NCBI GenBank assembly: GCA_965240325.2
Contig: OZ251243.1
Coordinates: 930,001-994,000, forward strand
DNA: 64,000 nt
Origin: Rebecca billardiae RCC1528
Lineage: Eukaryota; Protista; Haptophyta
Reading direction: 5' to 3'
Part shown: one piece after another, positions 1 through 11,788 of the stretch
How the letters are laid out: each line of letters begins with the position of its first letter
Position numbering within the stretch: the stretch's first letter is position 1
Made by a program: the position numbers and the translations under genes
The notes under the pieces: model-generated
The model's input: the letters and a program-made list of their open reading frames with translations, nothing else
Told to the model about the DNA's origin: nothing
Databases searched by the model: none

Positions 1-925
1 GCCGTCGACGGACGACGGCACGGGCAGCCAGCTCGAGCTCGTCGTCACGCGCGCCGACGGCGTCGAGGCGTCCTACCCGAGCGGCTTCAAGTACCGCGCG
101 CTGTGCCGCGCGGGCGAGCGCCTGCTGGGCCGGCTGTGCGAGCCGTGCCCGATCGGGACGTACCGGCTCGCCTCGTCGGAGGACGAGGAGTCGTGCCTCT
201 CGTGCAAGGACAACCGGCTGCTCGACCCGGTGATGATCACGCGCGAGCCCGGCGCCAAGTCCGCCGACGAGTGCGTGTGCCCGCAGGGCATGTACGAGCG
301 AGCGCTCGGCGGCGGCGTGCGCGGCTGCTTCGGGTGCAACTCGTCGACGTCATGCGAGACTGAGGGGACGACGGTGCAGAGCATCGAGGTGCGCTCGGGC
401 TTCTGGCGCGCGGGCCGCGAGACGACCGACATCCGGCGCTGCCCGCGCGGCTCGCGCGCGTGCGTCGGCGGCAACGAGGCCACCAACGAGGTGGAGGGCT
501 CGCTGTGCGCGCCGCACCGCACCGGCGCATACTGCGACGCTTGCGCAAAGCATTACTACGTCGGCGACGGCGGCGACTGCGTGCGCTGCCCCGTGCCCTC
601 GCCGAGCGCGCGGGTCGCCGGGGTCGCCGCGCCGCTCGCCAGCGTCTGCCTCCTCATCCTGCTCTGGCACACGCGCGCGTACAAGGCGCTCGGCGCCGCG
701 GGCGGCTCGGACGGCGTCTCGTCGGCCAAGAGGCTGCTCGGGGAGTTTATCACGCCCGGAGCGATCGCGTCTGCCAAGGTGGCCTTCCGCGCGACGCTGG
801 CGTTCCTGCAGCTCGTGCTGCTCGTCTCGCGCGTGTACTCGGTCACGCTGCCCGCCAACTTTGAGGCGGTGCTCGAGCGCTTCCGATTCCTCTCGCTGGA
901 CAAGCTGGTGTGTGCGTGCGTGTGC

Positions 926-964
<39 letters not shown>

Positions 965-1682
965 TGTGTGCGTGCGTGCGCGTGTGCGTGCGTGTGTGCG
1001 TGCGTGCGTGTGTGTGCGTGTGTGCGTGTGTGCGCGCGCGCGTTCTTGCGTGCGTGCGCGCGCGCATGCGTGCTGCTGTGTGCTCCCGTGGCAGGGCCTG
1101 ACGCTCACCGCCCGCCCGCCCACACCCGCCCGCCCGCGCTCCCGCGCCCCGCGCGCGTCCGTCCGCGTCCGCGCGTGCGCGCGCTCGCGCGTGCGCTCGC
1201 TCCCGGCGCGCGCGCGCAGTACGTGCGAGGGCTCTCGTGCTACACGATCTGGGAGGGCTTCCACACCAACCTGTACGCCCTGGCGCTCGCGCCGTTCGCG
1301 CTGGGCGCGCTCACGCTCGCGGCGTGGGCGCTGCACGTGGGCTGGGTGCAGGGGGTGCAGGGGGCGCAGGAGGCCGCGAGCGCGCTCGCCGCGCGCGTGC
1401 GCGCTCGGCGCACGGCCCCTGTCGGTCCGGATGATCCGGATGCTGCGCAGGCCGCCTCGTTCGAGGCTGGCTCGTTCGAGGCCGCCGCGCCGCCCGCGGG
1501 TTCGTTCGAGAGGCCGCAGGCACACGCCGCGACGGCGGGCGCGGCCAAGGGCGGCCTTCAGCAGCTGTGGCGGGGCGCGAACGCGCCGGGCGGCGCCGAC
1601 GCGCCGCAGAGCTCGCCGGTCGTCGCCTTCGACGACACTGACCCCGTGGCGACGCCCGCGCCGGCCGAGTCCACTGGCGGAG

Positions 1683-1715
<33 letters not shown>

Positions 1716-4700
1716 CGCCGTCGTCGCCGCCGCCGCGCGCCGGCGCTGGCACGTCGCCCCTCCTCAGGCCGCCCGTGCCGAGCTCGCCGCCGCCCGCACC
1801 GGGCGCCTCGCCCGCCGGCTCGGCGGGCGGCAGCGTCCCCTCCTCGCCCGCGCCGTCGATAGGCCTGCTCGCCGCGCGCGAGGGCGGCGCGGAGCCGCCG
1901 GCCGCCGCGACGCCGGACCAGCTGCTCTTCTCGCAGGCGGTGCTCCGGCCCTTCCTCCTCGCGGCGTACTTTGTCCTGCCCACCGCCTCGGCGACGGTCT
2001 ACTCCTACTTCAACGCAGAGGTGGTGGACCGCGAGGCGGAGACCCCCGTGCGCTTCCTGCGCGCCGACTACTCGGTCAACTTTGACGACCCGGCGCACCA
2101 GTGGCACAAGCCGTTCGCGTGGCTCTTCCTCGTGCTCTACTCGTTCGTGCTGCCCGCGGGCCTCGCGGCCGCGCTGCGCTGGGAGTGGACGAGCCAGCGC
2201 TCGCCCGTCCGGCTGCTCGGCGTCGGCTATCGCCGCGAGACGGTCTGGTGGGAGGCGGTGGAGGCGCTGAGGCAGGTGATCCTGGTCGGCGGCGTCGCGC
2301 TCGTCCGGCCCGCGCGCCTCGTGGACGCGGACGCGGAGGGCGCCATGCCCGGCGACGACGAGACGTACGCCGCCTTCCTCAAGCTGCTCGCAGGCATCTG
2401 CGTCCAGATGTTCTACATCGCGACGGTCGCGTGGGTGCGCCCGCTCGACTCGAACGGGAACAACGCGATCGTGCTCCTCTCACACGTGGCGATGGCCCTG
2501 GTGCTCTCCGGCGCGCTCGCCGTGCACCTCACGGCGATGCTCGAGCAGGAGCTCGGCGGCGAGGGGGAGGAGATCGGCGGCGCGATCGGCGACCGCGTCG
2601 CGCTGTACAAGCGCACGCTCGGAGACTTCCTCACCGTCGCGCTCGTCGGCGTGCTCTGCGCGGCGGGGCTCGTCGTGCCGATCGAGATCCGGCGCGAGCG
2701 CAACCTGCCCGTGCTGCGCGACCGCGCGGACAAGTCGAGGATCATGGCCGCGCCGCTGCCGCCGGCGATCCGCGACCGCGCGAATCACGTCTTCATCTCG
2801 CACGGTGCGCGCCTACCGCCCCCGCCGCGCGCCGCGCGCGGGGCGCGGCCGAGACGCGCGCGGCGCGCGCCTGCCGCGCCGGCGGGACGCGGGCGGTGGG
2901 GCGGTCGCGTCGTGCTGCCCGCCCGCCCGCCTGACGCTCTGGCGCGCGCGCGCGCGCGGCGCCGCTGCACGCCTCGCCCGCCGCCTCGCCCGCAGTCTGG
3001 TCATCCGGGCAGGACCAGTCGAAGACGCTCAAGAAGGAGCTCGAGATGCTGATGCCCGGCCTCAAGGTGTTCCTGGACGTAGACAACCTCTCCAACCTGC
3101 ACGAGCTGGAGACGCTGGTCGAGAGCTCAGCCGTGGTCGTCTTCTTCTTGTCGCAGGGCTTCTTCTCGTCGGGCAACGTGCTGCGCGAGGTGCGCGCGGC
3201 CGTCGAGTCCCGGCGGCACATCTGCGTGGTGTACGAGACGAGCGCGATGCACGGCGGCGTGCCGCTCGAGTTGCTGCGGATGCAGTGCGAGGGCTGCGGC
3301 GACCCGGTCGTCTCGGCCGCGACGCCGCTGCTGTTCGAGGATTGCGAGCGCGTCGAGCCGCGCGCGGCGGGCCGCCCCGTCGCCTGGTACAGGGAGCGCT
3401 CGTACCTCAACGCCTCGCTGCTCGCCCTCGCCGAGCGGCTGCGCTCCGCGGGCTCGCTCGAGCCCGAGCGGCCCGCGGGCGTGCCCGCGAGCGCGCGCAC
3501 GCTGCAGATTGGCTTCTCCGACGCAAAGTCGACGCGTCTCGCCGGGCAGATGCGCAGTGTGGTGGCCGAGATGCTGCGCGAGCAGCACCTGCTACAGCTG
3601 CGCCCCGAGTACACCAAGCGGCAGCTACGGCTGCTCGGGCGCAAGCCCGAGGACGGCGCGGCGGCGCGCGGCGACACGCCAGGCAACACGCCGCCTGCCT
3701 CGCCGCTTGCGCGCGGGCGCAGCGCTCTCGGCCCCCTCCAGAGCAGCGGCGCGCCCTCCTCGCCCTCGCCCGGCGCGCGCCTCAGCACGCTCACGTCCCG
3801 GGTCTCGCGCGCCGCGACCGCTCGCGCGGAGGAGCTCCCGGACGGCACGCGCCGCGTGCGCTTCGACCGCTCGGTCGCGGGGCTCTTCTCCGCGCCCCTC
3901 GGCCTGCGCGACGCGGAGTACGTGCCCGAGCCCTCGTTGTGGCGCTCTGCGGGCACGGCCGTGCGACTGCTCGGCGCGGGCGCCCGGCTGTCGGCCGATG
4001 CGGCGGAGGAGGGCGCGGACGCCGAGAAGGGCGCTGCCTATCTGCACGGCCACGCTCAGGGGCAGGGGCCGCCGCCGCCGCAGCTGCTGCTGCTCCAGTC
4101 CGACACTTTCGGCTACGGCTGCCTCCTCGGTGAGCGCGCGCGCGCGCGAGCGCGCCGCACGACGCGCGGCGCCGCGCCGACGCGCTCCCTCGCACGCGCG
4201 CGCGCGCGCACGCGCACCCGGCTCACGCGGGCGCGTGCGGCCGCCCTGTGCGCACCGGCGCGCGCCGCGCGCTGCGCCGCGCAGACTCGGGCGTGCAGCT
4301 GGGCTACTTGCTCGAGAAGCTCGACGAGGGCGGCGTGCGCGGCGCGACGCGCGCTCTCGAGCGCCTGCAGAAGCGCGCCGCCGCGGCCGAGCGGCCGGGC
4401 GGGCCGGCGGGCGGCGGGAGCGCGCCACGCTCGCCGCCCAAGCGGCGTGCGGCGGACTCGATTGCGGAGGACGAGGAGGATGCGGAGGGCGGCGGCGCGG
4501 CGGGCGGGCGGGCGGCGCGCACCAGCAAGCGCGCGGCTCGACTCTCCTCGCCGCGGGAGTCGGGCGACGACGGCGACGCCGACGACGACGGCGTCGACGA
4601 CGACGGCATCAGCGACGCTGTCCCCCTGGTGCGGCTCATGGGCGGCCTCTCGCGGCTGTCGGTGCGAGTGTACATCACGTCGGACAAGAAGGTGAGCGAG

Positions 4701-5649
4701 CGAGCGCCACCGCGCACCGCCGCGCCGCGTGCGCGCGGCGACAGAGCCACGTCAGCGGCGCGTGCCCGCGCACCGCCGGGCGCTCTCGTGTCGTACACCG
4801 CTCCACCTGCCCCTGCGCCTGCCGCCCTCCCTCCGCCGGCGCGCGCGCGCACGAACACGCGCGCGCGCCGCCGCTGCCTCCCGCCAGGCGCGCGACCTGC
4901 CCCTCGCCGAGCCGCTCGCCCTCGGTCGGATCGTGCGCCTGCTCGACGTCGACCTGCGCGCGCTCGAACGCAAGGACCCGCGCACGCTCGGCCGCTCGAG
5001 CGCGTGGGCGTTCGGGCCGGAGCAGCGGCTCCTCGTCACGTGGCCGCGCACGCAGGGACTGGTCGAGCACCTGGTGAAGGTGATCAAGGCGCCCTCCGCC
5101 GGCGGCGACGGCGTGGCCGGCCGCATGGTCACCGCCATACTGGGCGACACGGCCGAGCCGTCGTACGAGGAATTTCGGCATATCTACTGGAGCGCGCCGC
5201 CCGAGCTCCGGCGCGGCGCGGTCGGGCAGGCGATCTTCGGGCCGCTCGCCGTGCCGATCCGCTCGGGCGTGCACGAGGAGGTCTCGCTGCACGAGCTGGC
5301 GGAGGCGTGCCACAAGGCGCTGGACATCCACCACGCGCGCGAGCTCTACGCTGCGTACGGCGGCCGGCGCCCGCCTGGCTGGGGCGGGCGGAAGGAGGAG
5401 ACGACGATGATGCGCGCGATCCACATGATGCCCTCCAGCATCCACTCCGTGCGCTCGCGCGCCGTCTCCAGGCAGCAGAGCACGGCCGGTGGCAGCAGCC
5501 GTGCGAGCGGCCGCTCGTCGTCGCGCTCGCCCCCGAAGCGCGCGGGCTCGAAGCAGGCGGCGCGGCCCGCGCCGCCGCGCGGCCGCGCGGTCTCGTCCAC
5601 AGCGGTGCAGCCGCAGCGCAAGAGCCACGCCGGGACGATGGGGATGTAG
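1..5649 (+). CDS. 5'-partial multi-exon receptor-like membrane protein: IPT/TIG end + ephrin-receptor-like Cys-rich repeats + multi-TM region + cytosolic TIR domain (+ degenerate second TIR-like region). Exons <1-907, 1220-2804, 2996-4129, 4285-4691, 4888-5649
   Basis: Frame is open from base 2 (VVTRADG..SGFKY, CEPCPIGTY, ECVCPQG). Four GT..CAG introns (908-1219, 2805-2995, 4130-4284, 4692-4887) join four ORF-track frames in phase. Splicing intron 2 creates HVFISHVWSSGQDQ...KVFLDVDNL...VVFFLSQGFFSSGNVLRE (TIR). Confidence 0.8.
908..1075. repeat. (GTGC)n/(GT)n microsatellite within intron 1
   Basis: Directly visible tandem repeats after the splice donor at 908. Confidence 0.9.
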
Positions 5650-6224
5650 AGTTAGCGCACGACAGTCATTCAGGTCAGCGGTGCCGCCGCCGTATGACAA
5701 TGATTGATGGCGCGGTGGCACTTATTCGTGCGCGTGGCGGAGATTTGCTGTAGTTATTATTATTAGTGTCCAAACAAAGCAGCTGCTGGTCGTGGCAATG
5801 CGCGGCTCGGGCGTGCGGCGGTAGGCGCGCAGCCGAGCGGCTTGCTGAGACGAGTTGGGCATCCTCTGCTGGAGGTCGAGGCGATAGGTGTCTCGGGCGC
5901 GCAGCTGTTGTGCGCTGCCGAGTCCTACCTCGCGCGGATCGAGGAGCGAGGTGCGCGCCGATGATGCCCGCTGAATGCCCCCTTTTGGGGCTCCGACGAG
6001 GCGGCAAGAGCCAGAGCAGCTCGCCTTGCCGAACGAAGTGGAATGGCTCGGAGGCGCCCGAGAAGCCACTCTCACTCCAGGTGATGCAGCAGCCAGCCGT
6101 GTACCCGTAGAAGGTTCATGACGAATTCTGCGAGCTGGGTGCAACAGAGTGAGAGGCCACACGGCGAGCCCCGCCGTCACGCAGCTCGTACACACTCAGT
6201 TATTGTACCAATAACACCACTTAT

Positions 6225-7818
6225 TATGGCCCGCGGTGCAGGGCGGAGCGCGCAGCGTGGAGCCCGCACCAGCGGGCCCGAACCACGTTTCAAAAAGATC
6301 TTTGATCAAAGAAAAAAGGGACGGGCCACGGGGGACGATTTTAGGGCTGGAGGAGACCGAGTTTCGAATTTTGAGACTCCCTTACAGGTGCATCCTCGTC
6401 GAAAAAGGACGCGTCCGCCGTCTTGAATAGTGAACAGAGGAATCAACGAAACCCACGCCCAAGTGTGCGAGGCAGGGTAATTGTGGGTAGACTCTCCTTA
6501 ATGTAGTGTGACCATAGTAAAATAATATGGCCTCGCCGCTGCAAGATGCCAAGAACGACCGTTGACATAATCGTCCAACCAACTTCAATAGTGCGAGACA
6601 TTGAAAATACCCGCCGCAGCTATCCGTATAGTCGGAGCCGGAGGGGGCGCGGCGCGCGCGGCGTGTTAGCGGCCCGCGTTTGTACGCCGCGGCTGCGGCT
6701 GCCAGGAGCTCCGAGGAGGCGAGCCACGAGCGACCGACGGGTGAGGACGGCGATGGGCAGGTGCGCGCGGCGAGTGGCGCCTGGAGCGCGCGGCTGCGGC
6801 GGGTCCCGACTGCCGTCGACATCGCGTTCGTGCCCCCGCTCACTCCGCGCGCCCCCGCCGCCCCGTGTCGATGCCTGCGCGCGGCCGCGCGCCCGGTCGC
6901 CGCGGGGCGCCCCGGCCGCGCCGCGGCAGCCGCCCTGTATTCGGGCTCTCGCAAGCTCGGGGGCAGCGGCGCCTGATGCCGGACTGATCGATCTCTGAGT
7001 CTTCGACTTCACCACGCGCCGCCCTTGCCATGCCTTTCCGGGGAGCGCCGACGATCCGAGTCCATCGTCGACGGTCGACTCTTCGAGCGAGGGCTACGCC
7101 TCGGAACTGAACGGCGGTACTCTACGAGGAGGACGAGCTGCGCGGGCGACGGTGGTGCGTGACGTCCCCAGAGCTGGCTGTGCCTCTGCAACGCGTGCCG
7201 AGCCTGATCGAGGTGTGTCAGCCCGTGCACGCGCGGCGTGCGCGAACGATCCGTGACTGGTGCCCGCTCGCACATCCGACCTCGGCACCGTGCTCCCTCG
7301 GGCTGTCAGCTCCGCGTGGCCTGGCGTGCACGTAGAGTTGCGCTCATGCGTCGATCACGCCTCGCGCCCGCCTGTCGGCCGTCGCGCAGGCGCTGGTCGA
7401 ACCCTACTCGGACCAGTGCAAATCATCTACTATCCTGGCGCTGCCGGTGCGTTAGTGACCCGCGGGACACCGGACAGCGCCACAGCGGTCAGTCAGCAGC
7501 AGCGGCCCGAACGAATCCGCGGCCCCGCACCGTGCTCCCTGGCTGTCAGCTTCGCGTGGCCTGGCGTGCACGTGGAGTCGCGCTCATGCGTCGATCACGC
7601 CTCGTCGCATCCGCCTGTACACAATCGGCGCCGCGCCGGCGGCTGCGAAGTGCGATGGGCCCGCGCCCGGCGCGGCGGGCGGCGGCGCGCCGCTGGAGTC
7701 TAGTTGTACGGGCATGCAACTCCGGGTCTGTCAATAGACGACTGCGATGGAGGGTGCACCGCCACCGCGGGCGGTGAACTACGTTCGTTCTACGGAAAAG
7801 GACCGCGGAACGCGGTCA
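6225..7818 (+). mobile_element. Non-coding dispersed repeat, copy 1 (TATGG-led, putative non-autonomous DNA element)
   Basis: 6225-~6378 matches 46375-~46515 and ~6720-7818 matches ~46930-48045. Contains an internal ~90-bp direct repeat (~7285-7375 / ~7527-7618). Confidence 0.75.
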
Positions 7819-8014
7819 TTATTATTATTATTATAACATATATAATATATATATTATAATTATATCATTGGCGCCATATTATTCATCCGCCGCCGCCGCC
7901 GCCGCGCATGATATATTCCGCCGTTATTCGCGTCGGCACGACTCGGAGTTAAACTACCGCGGATCGTCGCGAGCTCGCTGCTAGCCAGCGCCATCACTGC
8001 GATGAGTGTGTCGG

Positions 8015-9262
8015 CTACAAGAGCTCCGTATACCCGCCGTCAACCGTGTGCGCGCGCGGGTTTGGCACAGGCTTGCTCAGCTCAAGCTTTGACGGCTCAA
8101 AGCATGCGCACAGGACACGGTACACGCGGTTCTTGCGCACAAGGTTCTTGCGCTCATTCGCCTTGCACCACTCTTTGGTCGTCACGTTTGAGCAGATGAG
8201 CGCCACGTGGAAGCACGTGAAGCAGCCGAGAACCTGTGCATCGCACGGCGCGGGCAGTGGGCGGCGGTCGCACAGGCGCCGCGGCAGCGCGCACGCACGC
8301 GCGTGAGGCAAGGCGGCCCAGGGCGTGCCAGAGGCCAGGGCCCGACCCGCCTTCTCCACATCCCACGGCCCTCGCACAGAGCGCGCGCCCAGCTGCGCAT
8401 CTCGCACGCGCGCACGCGCCCCCCCCACGCCCGCCCGCACCACGGAGACCAGCAGCGTGAAGAGCATCACCGCCGCGACGGCCATCGTCGCGATTCGGCT
8501 CGGTGAGAACCGCTCGCCCCATTCCCCGCCCGCAGTCACGACGATGCACGACGCGCCCATCAGCGCGGCGCAGAGGCTGATGCACGTGATGAAGGCGGTG
8601 AAGAAGCCGTAATTTCGCCGCCCGATGCAGTTGCCCACGAACTGACAGCCACCACGGCGCGCGCGGGCGCGCGGGGCACCGAGCGGGCGCCTGGTGAGCT
8701 CACAGCCTGCACGACATGAATGCGGCGCGCGCGAGGGCAGTCGCTGCGCACACGGGACGCGCGGCGCGAGCGCGCGCACCGGGCAGTGGTGATCCCAGTC
8801 ATTGACGCAGTTGTCGCAGTCCTTGCAGTGCGACGTGCCCGGCGGCCGGTAGATCTTGCATGTCCAGCACCACATCTCCGTGACGGAGACGCCATCCACC
8901 ACGCGGCGCCGCAGCGACTGGCCGTTCTCCTGCTGCCCGCCTGGCCTGCGCGGCTCGATGCCCGGGTCCGTGTACGAGGTGAGGAAGAGGAAGACGAGCG
9001 TCAGGCCGAAGAGCAAGCACAGCGTGACGAAGAGCGGCTTCACCTCCACGTACAGGTCCGCGCCCGCACCCCACATGAAGAGGGCCATCGGGATGCAGAT
9101 CAGACCGAGCGTGACGATTCGGAAGTTGTCGTCCTCCTTCGGGCCGGTCATTAGCCTGCCGCCACACATGAACCTGTTCTTCGACGGCCACAGCTTGTAC
9201 AGCGGCACGAGCGCGGGCTCCGGCGCTCGCCCGCCCCACTTGGAGGCGCCGTTGACGCCCAT
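8015..9262 (-). CDS. DHHC palmitoyltransferase (ZDHHC9/14/18, Erf2-like). Exons 9262-8780, 8641-8441, 8233-8015
   Basis: NRFMCGGRLMTGP, TDPGI, WCWTCKIYRPPGTSHCKDCDNCV..WDHHCP|FVGNCIGRRNY and NVTTKE motifs. Two in-frame GT-AG introns (8642-8779, 8234-8440). Confidence 0.92.
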   Translation of the reverse strand: MGVNGASKWGGRAPEPALVPLYKLWPSKNRFMCGGRLMTGPKEDDNFRIVTLGLICIPMALFMWGAGADLYVEVKPLFVTLCLLFGLTLVFLFLTSYTDPGIEPRRPGGQQENGQSLRRRVVDGVSVTEMWCWTCKIYRPPGTSHCKDCDNCVNDWDHHCPVRALAPRVPCAQRLPSRAPHSCRAGCELTRRPLGAPRARARRGGCQFVGNCIGRRNYGFFTAFITCISLCAALMGASCIVVTAGGEWGERFSPSRIATMAVAAVMLFTLLVSVVRAGVGGARARVRDAQLGARSVRGPWDVEKAGRALASGTPWAALPHARACALPRRLCDRRPLPAPCDAQVLGCFTCFHVALICSNVTTKEWCKANERKNLVRKNRVYRVLCACFEPSKLELSKPVPNPRAHTVDGGYTELL

Positions 9263-9378
9263 CGCATCAAAATGGGGCCCGCCCGCGCCGAGGAGTGCCG
9301 CGCACGCCTCCGGTGCTCCACGACCAAGCACGGTGTTTTTTCTGCGCTGATGGCCGGTGAAACCTCTCGCACGCTCGG

Positions 9379-10407
9379 ATGCCGTTCGTCACGCCGCAGA
9401 GCCGGGAGGAGATTGAGGCGGCCGTGGAGGCCTATGGCCCGGCGCCGGGCGGCGTCGCTCTTATGCGCCTCGAGGCCGCCGCCGCGGACGAGGCCATCGC
9501 CACCGGCGTGTACGTCACGTGGTGGAGCGCGCGCGCGCGCAAGGAGTGCGCTCGCGTCGCCGGCGCGTCGCGCTGCATGTGCGGCCACGCCCTGCACGAG
9601 CACCGCGAGCTCGACCGTCGGAATCCGCGCGCACCGCCGTGCGCGCAGTGCGGCTGCCGCGCGTACGACTTTGTGCCGCAGCGGCCCGAGGAGTGCGGCA
9701 TGTGGTGGCTGCCGCGGCGCCGAGAGTTCGACATCCGTACATGGCGCGCCCCGTGCCGGTGCAAGCACGGGCACGACGCGCACGACGCGCGCACCGGGCG
9801 CTGCGCGCGCTGCGCCTGCCGCGCCTTCGACGGCGACTACGCGTGCATCACGTGCGACGGCAGGCAGACGGACCACGAGACGCTCTTCGAGCTGGCTGAG
9901 GAGCGCGCGGCCGCGGGCAAGCCTACGGGCGAGGCCTTCCGACCGCTGGCGGAGTCGAGCTACCTGCAGGAGCGGGTGATCGGGCCCGGCGGCCGGGGCG
10001 GAGGGCGCGGCCGGGGCCGCGGCCGTGGGGCCACAGCCGCCGGCCGCGCTGGCGGCGGCGGGTACGCCGGCGCGGGCGGTGGAGGCGGGCGCACGCCTGA
10101 GCAGCGGCTGGAGGCGGGTGAGGTCAGCGCGCAGGAGTACCACAGGCTGATCGCGGCGGAGGCGGCGGGCGGCCCGTCTCAGCCGAGCGCGGCCGGCGAG
10201 CGCGGTGGCGGGGCACTGGCTCTCGCGCGGACGGTGCAGCCACCGCCGCAGCCACCGACTGTGCGCATGTGTGCGCTCGACCTGGGAGGTGGCACAACGG
10301 CTGCGGTGCTCACGAATGCGGGCGCGCCACTGCCGCAACCGGGGCGGACGGACTGGACGCGACCACGGCCGCGGGGTGCCCCGCAGCCGCGCAAGCCAGC
10401 CGAGTGA
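9379..10407 (+). CDS. FAM221A/B-like (DUF4475) Cys/His-rich protein
   Basis: SRCMCGHALHEH, PQRPEECGMWWLPRR.EFD..TWRAPCRCKHGH, CITCD...HETLFE...R...GKP motifs. Confidence 0.8.
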   Translation: MPFVTPQSREEIEAAVEAYGPAPGGVALMRLEAAAADEAIATGVYVTWWSARARKECARVAGASRCMCGHALHEHRELDRRNPRAPPCAQCGCRAYDFVPQRPEECGMWWLPRRREFDIRTWRAPCRCKHGHDAHDARTGRCARCACRAFDGDYACITCDGRQTDHETLFELAEERAAAGKPTGEAFRPLAESSYLQERVIGPGGRGGGRGRGRGRGATAAGRAGGGGYAGAGGGGGRTPEQRLEAGEVSAQEYHRLIAAEAAGGPSQPSAAGERGGGALALARTVQPPPQPPTVRMCALDLGGGTTAAVLTNAGAPLPQPGRTDWTRPRPRGAPQPRKPAE

Positions 10408-10536
10408 TACAGCCATACAGGCCGTGCTGGGGCCAACTGGACTCAAACGCACGTAGTGCTGGCCCTGGCCCAGGGCTACAGTCGCCGCGTTCCTCGGGAG
10501 CCGTATAGATTTCAGATTGATAGAAGTTGGATGGCC

Positions 10537-11652
10537 CAAGGGAGGTCCGGGGGCGCCGGGAGCTCCCAGCGAGCGGCCAGCGCGACGTCACTGCAAAGTT
10601 TTCCCTGAGCGCCGGCGGCGGCAGCGGCGAGGGCGAGTACTCCGCTGGCGGGGCGCGCACGGGGCACAGCGCTGCGGGCGCGGATGTGCCCGCAGAGCCG
10701 GCGCGCGCGGACGGGCTGTTGCGGGAGAGCACTCGGCGCCCTTCTGCGCCGCGCGTCTTGCGCCACGCCTCTTTCGCCTCGGCTCAGGGCAGCGCGCACA
10801 TGCGCGCCGCGTCAAGGCCAGCCTTGCCTGCGCCGCAGCCGACCGCGCGCGCGCCGTGCGCGGCGTGGTCGGGAAGGAACGGGCGCTGCCGCGGGGCGAG
10901 GTGGCGACACCATGCGCGCACGCCATGCCGCCCCGTGATGCCGCGAAAGGGCACGGCAGTAGATCTGCACAGCTGTTGACGAGTGCTGATCACTTGTCGT
11001 GCCAAGCCACGGACCTGAGCTCGAAGAAGATGATGAAAGAGCATCAGCGCGAGGAAAGCGTCGCATCCAGCACCTCTGCTTGACCACACGGTGATGAATA
11101 TCCATGTAAGAGTAGCCCGCGCGCCCGTCTGGCACTGTTCTGCGTCTCAATGATCGTCCCGGCAAGGGTCACGACCGCACGGCCGTGCACACCATTTGTG
11201 ACAAGTCAAAGAGGCATGCAAACGGACCGACGACACGCTCGTCAAGGCGTGGCGGGGCGGCATGGCGTGCGCGCATGGTGTCGCCACCTCGCCCCGCGGC
11301 AGCGCCCGTTCCTTCCCGACCACGCCGCGCACGGCGCGCGCGCGGTCGGCTGCGGCGCAGGCAAGGCTGGCCTTGACGCGGCGCGCATGTGCGCGCTGCC
11401 CTGAGCCGAGGCGAAAGAGGCGTGGCGCAAGACGCGCGGCGCAGGAGGGCGCCGAGTGCTCTCCCGCAACAGCCCGTCCGCGCGCGCCGGCTCTGCGGGC
11501 ACATCCGCGCCCGCAGCGCTGTGCCCCGTGCGCGCCCCGCCAGCGGAGTACTCGCCCTCGCCGCTGCCGCCGCCCGGCGCTCAGGGAAAACTTTGCAGTG
11601 ACGTCGCGCTGGCCGCTCGCTGGTCAGGAGCTCCCGGCCCGGACCTCCCTTG
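10537..11652. mobile_element. Foldback-type non-autonomous DNA transposon (~400-bp TIRs, CAAGGG...CCCTTG ends, 7-bp TSD GATGGCC), P/Galileo-like
   Basis: 10537-10935 is a near-perfect reverse complement of 11253-11652. GATGGCC lies at 10530-10536 and 11653-11659. Confidence 0.85.
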
Positions 11653-11788
11653 GATGGCCACAGCTCGTCAGGAACACCGGACTCTGGCGTCATCGTCCGG
11701 TTCGTCAACGCCGGCCGGTGTGCTGAGAAGCGCATCTTCACGGCGGAGCATCCGCCGCCCGCCGCCGCCGTTCTCGACTCGAAGCAGC

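Noticed and set aside
11456-11788. Long N-terminal extension of ASD in the ORF track
   Set aside because: Starts at a non-ATG codon inside the foldback transposon arm.
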